A stretch of DNA of 64,000 bases from Antedon mediterranea. Its lineage: Eukaryota; Animalia; Echinodermata. This document shows, piece after piece, positions 33,101-46,383 of the stretch; the first letter of the stretch is position 1, and each line of letters starts with the position of its first letter. The position numbers were made by a program, and so were the translations under genes. The notes beneath the pieces were generated by a model. That model made no database searches. It saw only the letters and a list, made by a program, of their open reading frames with translations, and was not told where the DNA came from. The DNA lies in assembly GCF_964355755.1 (NCBI RefSeq), contig NC_092677.1, positions 7,338,101 through 7,402,100 on the forward strand. The letters run 5' to 3'.

Positions 33101-36100
33101 TCAATTATTTGGATTTTTTTAGGTATGTCCTTATAGATTATTGGATGTTATAGCATACATGAGCATTTAGGCCATTGAGCACTAGTGGATATGTGTGCTT
33201 AACCATGGAGGAAAAAATTCTCCATGTCTTAATAATGAATATTTCTTCAGCACTAATGAAAAATAGATTCAAACAGATTCTCCACTCACTTAACAAATCT
33301 TATTTCGTAGTGTAGTGTTACTATAAGGTTACCTGGAACTTGGTTGCACCTGTACCAGTTGCCTCCACTACACCAGCACACTCAAAGCCCATCACTAAAG
33401 GAGTTTTTGGAGGATTCTCAAGGGCTCCTTGACGTAGCATCAAATCAACAAAGCTTAGGCCGCTGAATTCAAAAATAATAAACTTGTATTAGTATTACTC
33501 GTTAGATATGAGGGTCCAAATGCTGTATTTAATATTAAATAATGATGAATAGTTACTGTATGCCTGTAGGTAATAAATTCTAGTATATTCTTGCATTAAT
33601 TTTTCATTTCAAATACATCATTACATAATAATGAATTGAAATGTTAGTAATATTTAATAACATAATGATTTATTGATTAATCAATTGACCATCTACAGTA
33701 TGACTATACTAACTATTATTTCAAAAACGATTTTAAACAAGGTTGTTATATAAGGGAAAAAAGATGGATCAAAAAATAAATGTAGTATGTTAAACAAATT
33801 TTTATTATAGAAATAAGTTATTCTCTTCATTTTGAGGGTAATGGTAGGCATATAATATGCATTATTGACATACAGAGTACAGTTATAGATCTGGTAGAAT
33901 TCGGCAATGCAAAGTTAAAACCAACCGTTTCAGGAACTCTTTTTTCCCATATGCTTGTCATCTACATAATGTAAATTTTTCAAAAAGAGATAATTAGTTA
34001 GGTGTTACGTTTTTATATTGTATTCTATCTATGTTTCTAAGCTCAGGAAAACAAATTTCATGTATGTAATATTAAGTGACAATAATAAATTGAATCTTGA
34101 GAGTAGAGGAGGCGTGAACACTAGCTAGCCAACCAATGCTGCATAGCCTACAGTACAACATTTAGCTTGTTGTTCTTGGCAATTTTCAAACAATCTCCTA
34201 CACAGTAATTGTAATAACATCAATTCTACTGTTGGACATTAAAATCTTTTTTTTTCAGTATAAAATATTAACAGAAACCTTATCTCGAACTTAATTTTTT
34301 TAAAGTAGAATTCGTTGTTGGTTTTCTCGCCTACTCGCCTATCTTACACCATTTGCAATTTAGATCTACAGTAATACTCTCAAGTGCTTTGCATGCATCA
34401 ATGAAATGATAATGATGTTGACATTTAAGACGATATCTTTCTTCAGATGCCTTTTATCTCTGTAATAGCAGTGTTTAAAAAAGTCACTAGAATTATGTTC
34501 AATATTACTACAAAGACATTTTCACTTTAAGGGACCATGTCATCAAAATTACTCTACTGCAGGTACTGCAGTAACCATCATTTAATCGTGTTTATTCAAT
34601 TATTCTAAAATATTGTTTTCATGCACACTGTTTATTGTATATTAGTGACTGCTTCATAAACTTCATATTTTTCATTTTAATATTTAATTATAAAATGTGG
34701 CTGTTAATACATCACACAATTTATTTGAAACTACAATTTTATTTTAATTGCTTTAGGTCCCCTCTAGGTCCTATCTAATTCAAAACATTTTGGTAAATGT
34801 TAACATTTTACTGTATTAAAAATGGTCTCTCTCTAATTTATGAAATTAGTTAACCTTCTTCTAATGTGTAACAATTACTTTAACCCTAGAAATTAAAACC
34901 AACCAATTAAAAAATTAATTGCATGGACAGTGGGTCTAACAGAGAAATTAAGGACCATGTCAAATTTATTCTTCCCAGAATGCCATCACCAACCCTAAAA
35001 AGTCCATTTATACCTATTAGTTGGTCAGCCACAATGTAACAATGTGATAAATTCTGATTACTACAGTACAGTAAGATGTAGATTTGAAAATACTAATTAT
35101 CAAATACAGACACAGTTGGGTACCTGAAGTAAATCTATTGATTGCTGCTATTAATAGCCCATATTGTTATTAGGTGTTGCAATTGGTACAGCCATGAATA
35201 TATTATGCAAAAGGCACTTTATTTTGATTAGTATTTAATATCATAGGATATTTTTGTTATAAACACCAATATTTGTAAGTCAAACTGCAATTGTTGCGTT
35301 TTCCATCTTAAATGTACTGTACGCTGTGTGTGGTGCGTTTTCAGATTCTATCAAAAAATATATTAAGCTTTTTACTTATTTTATTTTGTATCTATTGAGA
35401 TCCAGCCACTGATACCCACAGCATTGTAATTTTGTCAGTAATGTGCCCTTGGATTTATATATATATCAGAACAATAAAAAAATTATACTTATATAAAGTT
35501 ATAGAGATAAAATATTGAGTTAATAAATAACTGTGTAATTGTTCTAGCTACTGTGGTTGTAAACTGATACTAAACAGGTCACTTTTTTCTTTTTATTTTA
35601 TTCTTAATTTAAAGTTTCTCGAAAATTTCTATATTAAAATTAAATAAACAATATAGTAGAAAACATACTCGAGAATGATAACTGTTTTCAGACTGAACAT
35701 CATTTTGTCATACTGTAGATTATAGAAAATCATTCAGTCAGTGAACTGGTCAAACGGTCATTTAGTAAAGCTAGCAGTCCATTAAGTTTGCAATTTGAAA
35801 CAGGTTTAATAACACAGAATAATAATTTAAAAATGAAAATTTGTTCAAACGGCTCATTTTATTGCCGTAACAATATTTTAATTCCCTCTGATCCCACAGA
35901 ATTCTAAGTCAAAATTATAGTACAATGGTCTAATGGTATGTTACCTGGCCTCTACTGTAAGTGAGAGTTAATAGATTTGAACTTGAGATATCAAATGTTC
36001 CAAACATTAACCATTTTTATAATTTATTTTTTTCTGTACGGTGCTTCTATATATAAATTTACGTAAGGGCAAAATTCGGTAAATCGCGCGTTATTTCTAG

Positions 36101-39100
36101 AATGTTTACTCGATGGTATATAAAGTTGGTTCGTACTTTTGGTACTGATTTTAACCGCCTGATGTAACCCTGTTTACTAATTAAATTGAGTTCGATAATT
36201 AGTTATTGACGATTAAAACGAATTTAGGTTCAACGATTTGCCCCAAATAGGGGTGTTTTCCGATCGTGGTATACACTGTCTAATGGATGTCCATCTTGAA
36301 AAATACCCGCCACAAAAATTCGAGGAGGCTTCGCATTTTTCTATCTCCTCCTACGATAATTGTTTTTAATAGCTGAAAACCGGTTGAACAGTATCATAAT
36401 GTTGAAGACAGGCCGATTTTCTTTAAAAAATACTATTTTGATAGATTTAATATACGTTTATGCAAATGTATTGATTTGAAATGAATGGAACATTCCAATC
36501 TCTGTTCCACAAGTGTCTATTCCCTCAGGCGTCGTAAAGGCAAGTACTGTATACCATGGAGGTCCATGTGTATACTCATAACAGAAATTCGATCCATTTT
36601 TTTTTCAATCTGTGCTGCAGAGGTTGGATATAGATTTTTTTTAACGGATAATGAGCTAGCGTTTTCAGTCGCCGTATATTATGTACAAATCTTTATTATT
36701 GCAGTTAAACCACCCACGTGACATCATCACCCTTCCCTCACTGGCATGAGTAGCGTTGTAAAGCCAGTAGAGGATAGGCCTACGGTGCATCACATGCCCT
36801 AAACGCAGAACAACTTTGGTGGGTAGGGTTAGGAACCAACTTAAGTATGAATTGGCTCTAAGAAACAATTGAAAACCATTAGGCCTACTAATTAAGTTGA
36901 GTTAGATAATTTAATATTTATTGACGATTAAATCGAATTTATGATTTGCCACGAATAGGGGTGGTTTTCACAAATTGTTTTACATTATATAAACATATTA
37001 TACACGTCGTAGTGATGTATCGTTACATGTACTATGCTATTTCAATCGACTAGGACGGTGATAGTTTTAACAAAGTATTACATCGCAATGTTTTACTGTG
37101 TTTAGTGGTATATTATTTGTAAAACATGAAAACAATTAATATTTCGTTACTACATGGATAAAGAATATATTTAAAAATTGTTCCTCTTTGCACCCATCCC
37201 CTTTCTCATCCCTCAACCCTAACGTTACATACAAAACACAAATTAAGTTTGTTTAAATTTGACTTAAACAATTGGTCTCATTTTGTGACAAGTTTCTCTT
37301 TCGGAAGTAATTCCCAGGGTGCTAATTTTAGTTCAGTACATAAATCACAGTGTCTATTTATTCGTTCCTGTAAACGACATGTATTATTGTCCTGCGGTAC
37401 GTACATTTGAAATCGCCAGTTTTTTAACGCTGAAATTATTATGTATTCGAGAACCATCTGTGGGCACGACCTAGATGGTACACAAAACACAAATTAAGTT
37501 TGTTTAAATTTGACTTAAACAATTGGTCTCATTTTGTGACAAGTTTCTCTTTCGGAAGTAATTCCCAGGGTGCTAATTTTAGTTCAGTACATAAATCACA
37601 GTGTCTATTTATTCGTTCCTGTAAACGACATGCATTATTGTCCTGCGGTACGTACATTTGAAATCGCCAGTTTTTTAACGCTGAAATTATTATGTATTCG
37701 AGAACCATCTGTGGGCACGACCTAGATGGTACGCGAGCGAAGCGAGCGTACCATCTAGTTCTTTAAATTATCCTAAATAATAACTTCTGAATGTATGAAT
37801 ATAATGGCTGATTCAGTGGACTTGAGTATTGTACTTGTAGTAGGCCTACCATAGTGTCTATAGTATAATCTATGTTTATTTAAAAATAGCCAACCTACTT
37901 AAAAAAAATGAAACAAATAGATGCTAATAATTTTGTAATGTATATGGTATTTGAATTCTTATATTATAATGAAAATGTTAATGAGATTTCTGTTTCTTTT
38001 TTTAAAGTGATAAGTGATTTAAATGATATAATGCAAATATTGAATGTTGAACTAGATTTTGTTAATAAAAAATACTTGAATTGATCTAGGTTAATACAGT
38101 ATATAAATCATGATACCAAGACTATCTAGAAAAAATATGCAATTAAGAATGTATAAAAATATGTACAGATTTAGCAATTCATGCCTGCTTTTTAAATCAA
38201 AGGAAATAAAAACTACATTACACTATTGGACTATTGTATATAAGAAAGCGAAAACAGGAGGTGGACATTATTAAACTGGTCAATTTGTTCAGATAAGAGT
38301 AAAATGGAAAATGCTTGAGAAGGGTTAAATCCAGCAGTGGATGACATGATCTCTGCTGATGATAGGATTTGCCAAGTTAAATGCATTATGATACTGTAGG
38401 TACCACTATCACTGAACAAATAGTGACCGTAGTAAACTATATATTTTGGTTGAGCTAGTTGGGAATAAGAAATTATATCTCAAGAGTTGACTTATAAATT
38501 AGATATAAATTAGTCAGTATTGCAAACTTCGATAGAATAGTAATATATGATAATACAATGTTCAGGAATATTTGTTCTCCTGTGTTTGCAGTAGGTGTGA
38601 GTGTAGAATGTTTAATGTACTGTGTAGCAACTAATTGTATCTATATTGTATCTGTGCAGAATGTATAAAATACCTAAAGCTCTGTCTACACTATCAAACT
38701 TTATGTAACAAAAAAAGTGATGTACCAATATTATAGACATGATTATGTCATATCACTACCATATTTGGGCACATCACACTAGTTTGATATTATGGAGGTA
38801 TAAAATTAATGTTATACCTCCATGGTTTGATAGTGTAGACAGAGCTTTAGTAAGCTAATTCTCTCGCTTGCAAACATTTTGAATAATTCATGACTACTAT
38901 TTTTATACAAAAATAAAGTACCCATAAAAAATGATGTTATGAAATTGTGTCTGAGTTAAAATTTCTATGAATTATTCATAGTGCATTTTCCCTATTGCAT
39001 TACATATTATTTAGTTACACACATGAAGTTTTTGGGTGTGTTTTGAGGAAATTCCAGTTTTATATAAAAAAAAATAGCCCAATTCAATTTGGGATGTACA

Positions 39101-42100
39101 GTAGTACACATGAAACCAAGATGACATTATCACTTCTTAAAGCTCAGGTACAGGAATGAATTTTAAACATAATATCTGGTTAATTGCACATAAATCAAAT
39201 ATTTGTAATAGAAATCTAGACGAAAAAACATTAGGCCTAATATCCCTTAAAATGGTCAAATACAAAATTTGACAAAATTTGAAAAAAGACTTTTTTTCAG
39301 TAGTTAGGTAGTTTATCCTAATGTAATAACATGTCTGGTGACTCCCTAGAAGGTAAAAAAAAGATGGCGGATATACAGTGGATAATTTTTGCTATAGCAT
39401 AAAAATAAAACTCTGAAGTTGAATAAAAATACCAGAAACGTAAAATTCAAGTTATATTACATATATTTAGTCATCTGATAAGATTTTTTACCACGCCCTT
39501 TATTTTTCATAGCTTTTTAAAAATGCCTCTCTATTTACAACTTTTGTGTATAAAAGAATAGAGATTTTACTGTGTAATTTGAACTATCCCCCCACTGATA
39601 AGAAAGTGCTTATTTTCAACAAGCTCGTGTAACACAAATAAAATCCCAAAAATGATGAAACATAGGACAAACTATAGATCGATAATTATTGGAATGTATG
39701 ATCAATATAATTTTTTTGCCCGCACCTGGCCTTTAAGTAATTCAGTTACTGATATGACTATCATTTAATCTAAAAAAAATATGTTTATTAAAACCCATAG
39801 TGTTTACTTAACTAAGCTATTCCGAGAGTGTACTTTTCAAAATTTAGAAACATTTACAGTGTATTAAATGGTAAATTGGAAAAATTGTCATATCGAACAG
39901 ATTGTCACATTGAGGCTATGCATAAAGGATTAAGAGTTAATTTAGTAAATGTTCTAATGGGCACTTTACATAGCGTTAAGTAATCTCAGTCATTCGCAGT
40001 CTCAACAACCGCGTTGAATTTTGTAATAATAGTTGTGAAAAATAAAAACCCTGTGAAGTTGATAAATAAGTAAAAGTATTGCATAACTTGCTGCCTGATT
40101 AATGTGGCGCTGATAGTTGGCTGGGAAGAAAGTAGACATTTTGGCGATAGTGAATCCAACATCCTTATGGTAAGGCTAACAATTACCAACTATTTACCAC
40201 CATATTTGAACATATCACTACCATATTTGGGCACACCACACTTTTTCTTGTCAATGCTAGTGTAGACAAAGCTTATAATAGATCATGAATATACTCTGAT
40301 GCAGATCTTACTGTAAACGTGGGAGGAAGATTAAGTTGGAACCTCTCAGTTAGGAATAAAAAACTAAGTTTGACTTGGGTTCTTCTGAATTGGAACCCTT
40401 ATGTGTACCATATTAACTGCAAAAGTGACTGCTAAACAGTATGTTCTCAAGATTGTTCTCAGTTAATTTTAATAATAGTGCTGCTAAGCTTACTCAAGAA
40501 TTTGTGAATTTTATAGAACTGGCCTTTAATAAAATAACACCTACGCGTCTTCTACTAGTGCTTTTGTGTATTCTTTGGAACATTTTACACTCTGAAATAA
40601 TCAATACTTACTGCCTTTCAGGCTTTCATAATGGTTATTTTATTCCAGCGAAGAAAGAGAATAGGTCGTCTTCACTGTATTCATTTAAATTTGATATTAA
40701 AAAACGTCTACTACGTGAAAATCTAATTTACAATTGCATTGTACAAATAAATTATGCAAGTGTACAACAAAGGTAGCGAAAAGAAAGGATATGTAGTATA
40801 AAATAATATTACTCATTTTGCTATATATTTAATCTTGATATTATGTGTTGTACAGTACTACTATAATGTAAACACAACAAAATAATATAGAATAGGCTAC
40901 CGTAACAATAACCAAAAACTACCAGGCGAAGTGAAAGAGTAATGGAAATACCATAAACTGAACGTATTAGTAGGCCTATATTTTATAATAAACAAAAGAA
41001 TTTCTAGGAGCTAAACTGTACCCTGTTCATCCCTCTTATGAGGTTCGAATCAGTTTGTTACCGGTACCATTTCTATATAAGATTCTTACTAAAGCGATAT
41101 AATCGGTGTTGGCCATCGTACATTCCTACCGCTGACACAAGTCGTGTTATATTATTGATCCATTCGGAATATTCCTCTAAACATTGTGTGCTCAAGTGGA
41201 ATTATGAGACCTTAATCTGTCATATTTATTTATGAAAATAAGCACAACGACCTTGATTTAAGTTCACCTATCGATATGTTGTATCTTAAAACGTGTTATC
41301 TGATATTTTTCTGTATTATTTAGTCATGTTTTAAAATTATTGTAGGACTAATCAATGTTTCATTTTAGTTCGTTTACCAAACATTTCCTCCGCCGTTTTC
41401 AATAATGTTGTTATTCAATTTGATTGAAATGTACAGTGGATATCGTCAGTAACCTGAATATCGGTTCGAAGGAATCAAATTCTGTACTCATACTGTATGA
41501 AAACATGCACATGTTCTAAAACCCTACAGCTTGGAAACATCAGTAAAGATTGAAATCTCAATCACGTAGCCTAGTAGTAACGTAGGTGTACATTTTGCCC
41601 GTTCCGTTTTTTCACGTTTTTACGGCAGATGACCGCATGTTAATTTAGCCTTCCATAATGCCTAAGGGTGTGATCGCTATACCATTTTGTTGCAGAAAGT
41701 ATAGACCCTACTAAAAATACATATTATTTCTAGACAATATTGTAAGGTAGTCGTATGTAAACTCAGTTGCTTACATCCATGGTTACTACGGAGTAATTTT
41801 TTTTTATCGTTTACACTTTCTCTTCCCACCCGATGTTTGCCATTATGTATAAATATACCGTTTTGTCCCTTTTTGTAATATGTCATTACGGGCAATTATC
41901 AGATTGAATAGCTAAAACATTTTGTAAAACAGGTTTAATTTTCTTTAAATGCATAGATTATTTAGTACATCAATCGTGATAATACGTTGACAATTTCAAA
42001 CTACCACGCAAATAATTAACATTTTTATCGATTCAAATATCGCTTGAAGAAATGTTCTGAAATTCCTTCAAATGCCAACAACTTTGACTTCTAAGTTGAC

Positions 42101-45022
42101 ATCGTTTATTGATTAAAACTTTTAAGATAAAGTACAGGGCTGTTGTCGTTTGAGGCACTGATCTGCATTATTGTTATACATTTAAATATACAACGGTTAC
42201 AGTTAGTTTTAGGTATTGCCATCCATGCATCGATCGCACCTTGCTATGAGAGGTTAGGCACTACTGGTAAAAAAACTTCACAATAGAAACCTAACTGTAC
42301 TAAAAAAAACCAAAAAACTGACATTTAAGTTGAAAAGCTTTAGGGAACAAATCATTCAATCCCTATAATTACAGCGTGATGCCATTACAGATGGTTATGC
42401 CCAATGCAAATTAATGTTCTGTTACTTCATAATTATAGTTTTTTTACTTTTAATTCCATGTCTTTGGATGTTTTTTTTTCTCTTCACTCATACATTTTCA
42501 ATTTGACTCCGGTGGATGAAAGTAAGTTTTAATTCAGCTTGCATCTATCGCCTTTTCCCCATTTAGATGGTAAAACCTAGACCAACGTATAAACATTTAC
42601 TAATATTTCGTAACTCATCGATGTTCTATAATTTATGCCGTGTTCATGCCGTAAATGTTAAGCCTATGTTCTTTCTGAAACGAACCATCTCACTCCTGTC
42701 TCGCCTACATTGCTGTTTGTTTCATTGATGTCCTATCGATCATTTACAGATCCACACGCATTCGTTTTAAATATATGCTTTTCGATAATCGAGAAATATC
42801 GTGTTTCGTATTATTTACCGAGTTTCGCGCGATGATTAGATATCCGTTTCTACTATAATAATTATCTGTTATAACGTCAATGCTCTTACGTCATATTTTA
42901 CATGATAAAACACCAGATCCAATGGCAAATTAGCCACTTCGTTCGACATATCCTTTTAACAGGTGTTATTTAAATGTGTTCTGATTCTGGAATTAAGGTT
43001 CGGTATTCATGATTTATATTATTAAACGAAGATTTACTGTTGTGTTAACACATTTTAGCAGCCCTACATACAGTAATTTGTACACAACACACTGTCAACA
43101 ATCGCTGGTCATTTCTGTGTATAATTATAGCCCTATAACGTTAATAAATTTGGTTATACAAAAAAAAAATTACAACCAATATTCCAGTGCAAGAACGGTA
43201 AGAACAAAACACTATTATACACTCTGCATACTATTTGAAACGTTGAAATGCACCGGTACCGAAAAAAATTAAGCCACTGCGGACTAAACTATTAATGTAC
43301 AATGTTGGAAGTCATTTTACATTAATTCATTAAAATATTCTGCTTTTTTTCTGCGTTGTTTTAATTTACGTGCAAGTACCTTGGCGTCAACAACGAACGG
43401 TTATTATAGTGGTCTTACAATGCGTTAACGATAATGAATAGTCCGACGAAGTGGAAACAACCTTCCATTATTCCTGATACGTATTAACGCCTATGAAGCA
43501 GGCAATAACAGTAAATTACAATAAGCAGTAATTCGGTTACTTATACTGTAATAGTGTGAAATTTGTTCAGGTTTCGACTAAACATTGCCGCGCAATTGCA
43601 CTTCTTCTGCATGATGCCTGATCCCAAGACGTAATTTATTATTCGGCCAAACTATATTATAAAAAAAAAGCAACCTTTTTCAAATACATCATTATGTATA
43701 AATAATACTAGTTTTGCGGTTGCAATGCGTTGCCATATGATATTTTAAACATTGAATAAAACAGTGAGGGTGTTAATGCAGACGTCTTTATTATTCATGT
43801 TTTTTTTATGTTACAACAAAAATATTGCATCATTGAAATTAAATTTCTTATATTATTAGATTCTACTATTAAGGCTTACGTAAATCAATTAGTGATTTGT
43901 CCGAGAAATATGAAATTGACAAAAAATATATGTGAATTGGCAAAGCGTCAATTGCTGTCTAGTTGAAATTGATGAAGTGTTCGCATTATGTAGCTCTCTC
44001 GTCTCGCCAGCACATTACCGATATTCGGTCAAATTACCAATTTATCGTGTTTAATCGATTTACCAAATTGCTTGATACGAAAGTTATTACGTTTAATTCC
44101 AAGTACGGTGTTTACTTAATGGAAAACTGAATAATGTATTTATTTAAACATTATTTAAACTGACTGTGGTTGTATATTGTACGTCCATTATGTATGTCCA
44201 TATATCAGTTGGAATTCATTTAGGCCTACAGTTAGACAATTATTTATGAGAAAATCATCTACATTTTGAATGTATATACAAATTAAACTACAATATGTTC
44301 GTTTGAACAATTTCCAAGAAACTTGGTCGTCGAAAAATACTATACAATAGTATGCACTCCCCTCCAATTTCAGTTCCTCCAAATGTCGGGTGGCCAAGTC
44401 AACTCCGGGCCTCACAAAATCATTGAACGTACATAGCGAAATGGTTAATATATAAAAAGCTATTTTACCTATCAAAAGTAATCAGTAAGTTACTAATGAA
44501 AAACAGTGTCGTTAGTATTATACCTAAGACAATTGAAACGTTTGCTCGGTGTGTCGAAAATTCGATATCAATCACAATTGATTAATTGTACTATTATACC
44601 ACTTAACTCACTTTATTCTTCAACGTTTGTAACTATAAATACCAAATTGATCTTTAGTTGATGTATTGATATCAATACAAACGCTTATGACGAATGTTGA
44701 TGCTTTTAATCAATGACGTAATATAGTATAATTCAATAATTAAAACAATAAATCATACAATGATACGTATTAAAGAAATAGTTTATCCGTAAACATATGC
44801 CTACCATGCTTTTACACGTACGACCACCTCTCCTTCTAATGGAGTTGGCTCAGAAATTTTCTGAACTTTCATCCGTTGAAGACCCCCAAAAGCCGTCAAA
44901 AACACCGCCCGTATTTCGTTAACATCCTCTGCTTCAGTTGCCTGCTCAACTTCAACTTTTTCATTATTATTTCCATTTTCGGCGGGAATATCAACTGTAC
45001 TTGGACTTTCCTCAGATGCCAT
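27175..45022 (-). CDS. VAT1L: Synaptic vesicle membrane protein VAT-1 homolog-like (MDR/quinone oxidoreductase), about 408 aa, 9 exons: 45022-44805, 33462-33333, 32940-32725, 32070-31925, 29258-29155, 28475-28420, 28181-27987, 27583-27491, 27243-27175
   Basis: RAVFLTAFGG, VRVKACGLSFVDLMLRQG, PLVMGFECAG, SVLVHSAGGGVGTAVSQL, GIDVVLDCLCGDDTNKG, WWQVDKINPIKLYEENKSIAGF, MHDHKNIGKIIL; phases consistent (1227 nt). The DCLCG and WWQVxKxNPIKLYEENK segments are VAT1L-like. Confidence 0.93.
29435..29505 (+). mobile_element. LINE/SINE 3' tail fragment
   Basis: GAGGGTCCCTAATGATTAGC..GCTGGATGGACCATCCTCAT + AAATAAAAATAAA; shared with 51312-51365 (-) and 17205-17272 (-). Confidence 0.6.
36046..37758 (+). 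mobile_element. Probable non-autonomous Helitron in VAT1L intron 1
   Basis: 3' end: hairpin around GCGAGCGAAGCGAGC ending CTAG|T (37755-37759). The candidate 5' end TCTATATATAAA at 36046 is preceded by T rather than A, so it is less certain. Internal direct repeats at ~36178-36260 and ~36888-36970. Confidence 0.6.
37231..37732. repeat. Near-perfect 251-bp tandem duplication
   Basis: 37231-37481 vs 37482-37732; by eye they differ only at CATGTATT vs CATGCATT. Confidence 0.95.
38678..38846. mobile_element. PIF/Harbinger-like MITE (TIR AGCTCTGTCTACACTATCAAAC)
   Basis: 22-bp perfect TIRs with TAA/TTA flanks; partial copies at about 24262-24400, 40195-40275 and 53515-53556. Confidence 0.75.
39141..39732. 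mobile_element. Second Kolobok-like non-autonomous element (different family)
   Basis: TTAA at 39137-39140 and 39733-39736; degenerate TIR AGCTCAGGTACAGG / CCCGCACCTGGCCT. Confidence 0.5.
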
Positions 45023-45099
45023 ATTGTCCACTAAGCTTTGACTAGTATTGTTTATTCCTCCGTAGCCGTGTTTGTAATTCAGAAGATCGAATAATCAGT

Positions 45100-45260
45100 T
45101 ATGATAGCTCGTCCAGTCGCGATAGCTGATATATATCTAGGGTTTCTAACGCATGCGTGACTAATGATATGCAAATTAATTTCTGTGATTGATTTAAATA
45201 TTTCCAATTTAGCAAAGAAATATTTGAGTAGTAGATTGCTGAGTGAGCATAAGACGTCAG
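45100..45260 (-). promoter_or_regulatory. Putative VAT1L proximal promoter
   Basis: TATA-like TATATAT (~45130-45136), octamer ATGCAAAT (~45169) and CRE-like GACGTCA (~45253), upstream of ATG 45022. Confidence 0.35.
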
Positions 45261-46034
45261 AGTAGATCGTAACGTACCAATCCGTTTGTGAATAGCGTGG
45301 TGGCGTTTTATACAGTATACTGTATGTTACTTTGACAAAATAATACAAAGGAATAGAGAAATTGTGTATTGTGTTGTTTTTCGCAGGTACAATTATTGAT
45401 ACCGCCTGCTTTAGAAGGTAATAATTGACCAAACCGTGCCTGTATGTATTTTTAACAGTTAGGCCTCTCTATTTATTATGATTGAAAGAAAGTTTGAAAT
45501 TGCGTTCTGATGTACTAGACCTACACTGATCCGAACACAAATGTGGCGTGTGTTGTATTATATGCAAATGAAAAGTACAAGTTTTGATTACCTTCAATTT
45601 ATTTTAATCACCATTGTCTTTATTATTTGATATTGATACTGTACTACTATATAATAGAGTGGACGTATAATACATCACTTTTACCAGTTACGGATAGGGC
45701 TAGCTAGGCCTTCTCACGGTAGTTGTAGGCCTACTAGTACATCCACCGCTAAGTACCACCACCGCTGAGAGGGCCCAGCTTAGTATAGGTAACGTACTTA
45801 CCGTGTTAGCTGCTAGAGAATTATGCCTAAACGATTGAGTATATTCCACTAAAATCTCACTCCATAACGTTTCTAAGATGCTGAATAGATAGTTGAAAGA
45901 CTTCATTTTAGATATCGTTTTTTAATCAACTGGAAAGATAGTTTTTAAAATGTATAATTTGAAGAAGAAAACAGTAGTAGAAAACACCGTCGTCGTCTTC
46001 AAATTGCTCAAATTTCATAAAACGCTATTTTCTT

Positions 46035-46126
46035 ACTTCTGATTGGCCAGAAGTGGTAGTCGGTTAAAAAGACCCGGAGTTATTTTTGTAAGCCAATCAG
46101 GGTCGTCTATTTTGCAATTACGTCAT
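46035..46126. promoter_or_regulatory. Candidate bidirectional CCAAT-box promoter between VAT1L and POMGNT2
   Basis: Oppositely oriented NF-Y consensus CTGATTGGCC (~46039) and AGCCAATCAG (~46091), plus CRE-like TTACGTCA (~46118). Confidence 0.5.
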
Positions 46127-46383
46127 TGAACGGTAATTTGGAATTCTTACAAAGAAAGTGGGAGTTGGAGAAGTACAGTAGGGTCCTATTATTTAAGAGG
46201 AGAATATCATATACCAACCACTAGACCTCTAACTACTCACTTGCCTATTTCTGTTTTATCAGGCCTATGTTGTGGTTACATTTTGCAACTAAAAATAACA
46301 TGATCGTTTTTTTATCTTTCAGATGGTTATGATAAACTGTTTGCCAGCTTTCAAACTATTGTGTATTGCATTGAACTAAAAGT

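Noticed and set aside
33463-44804. Nested protein-coding gene in the 11-kb VAT1L intron 1
   Set aside because: The short ORFs there have low-complexity AT-driven composition, and I found no phase-consistent exon chain or recognisable domain.
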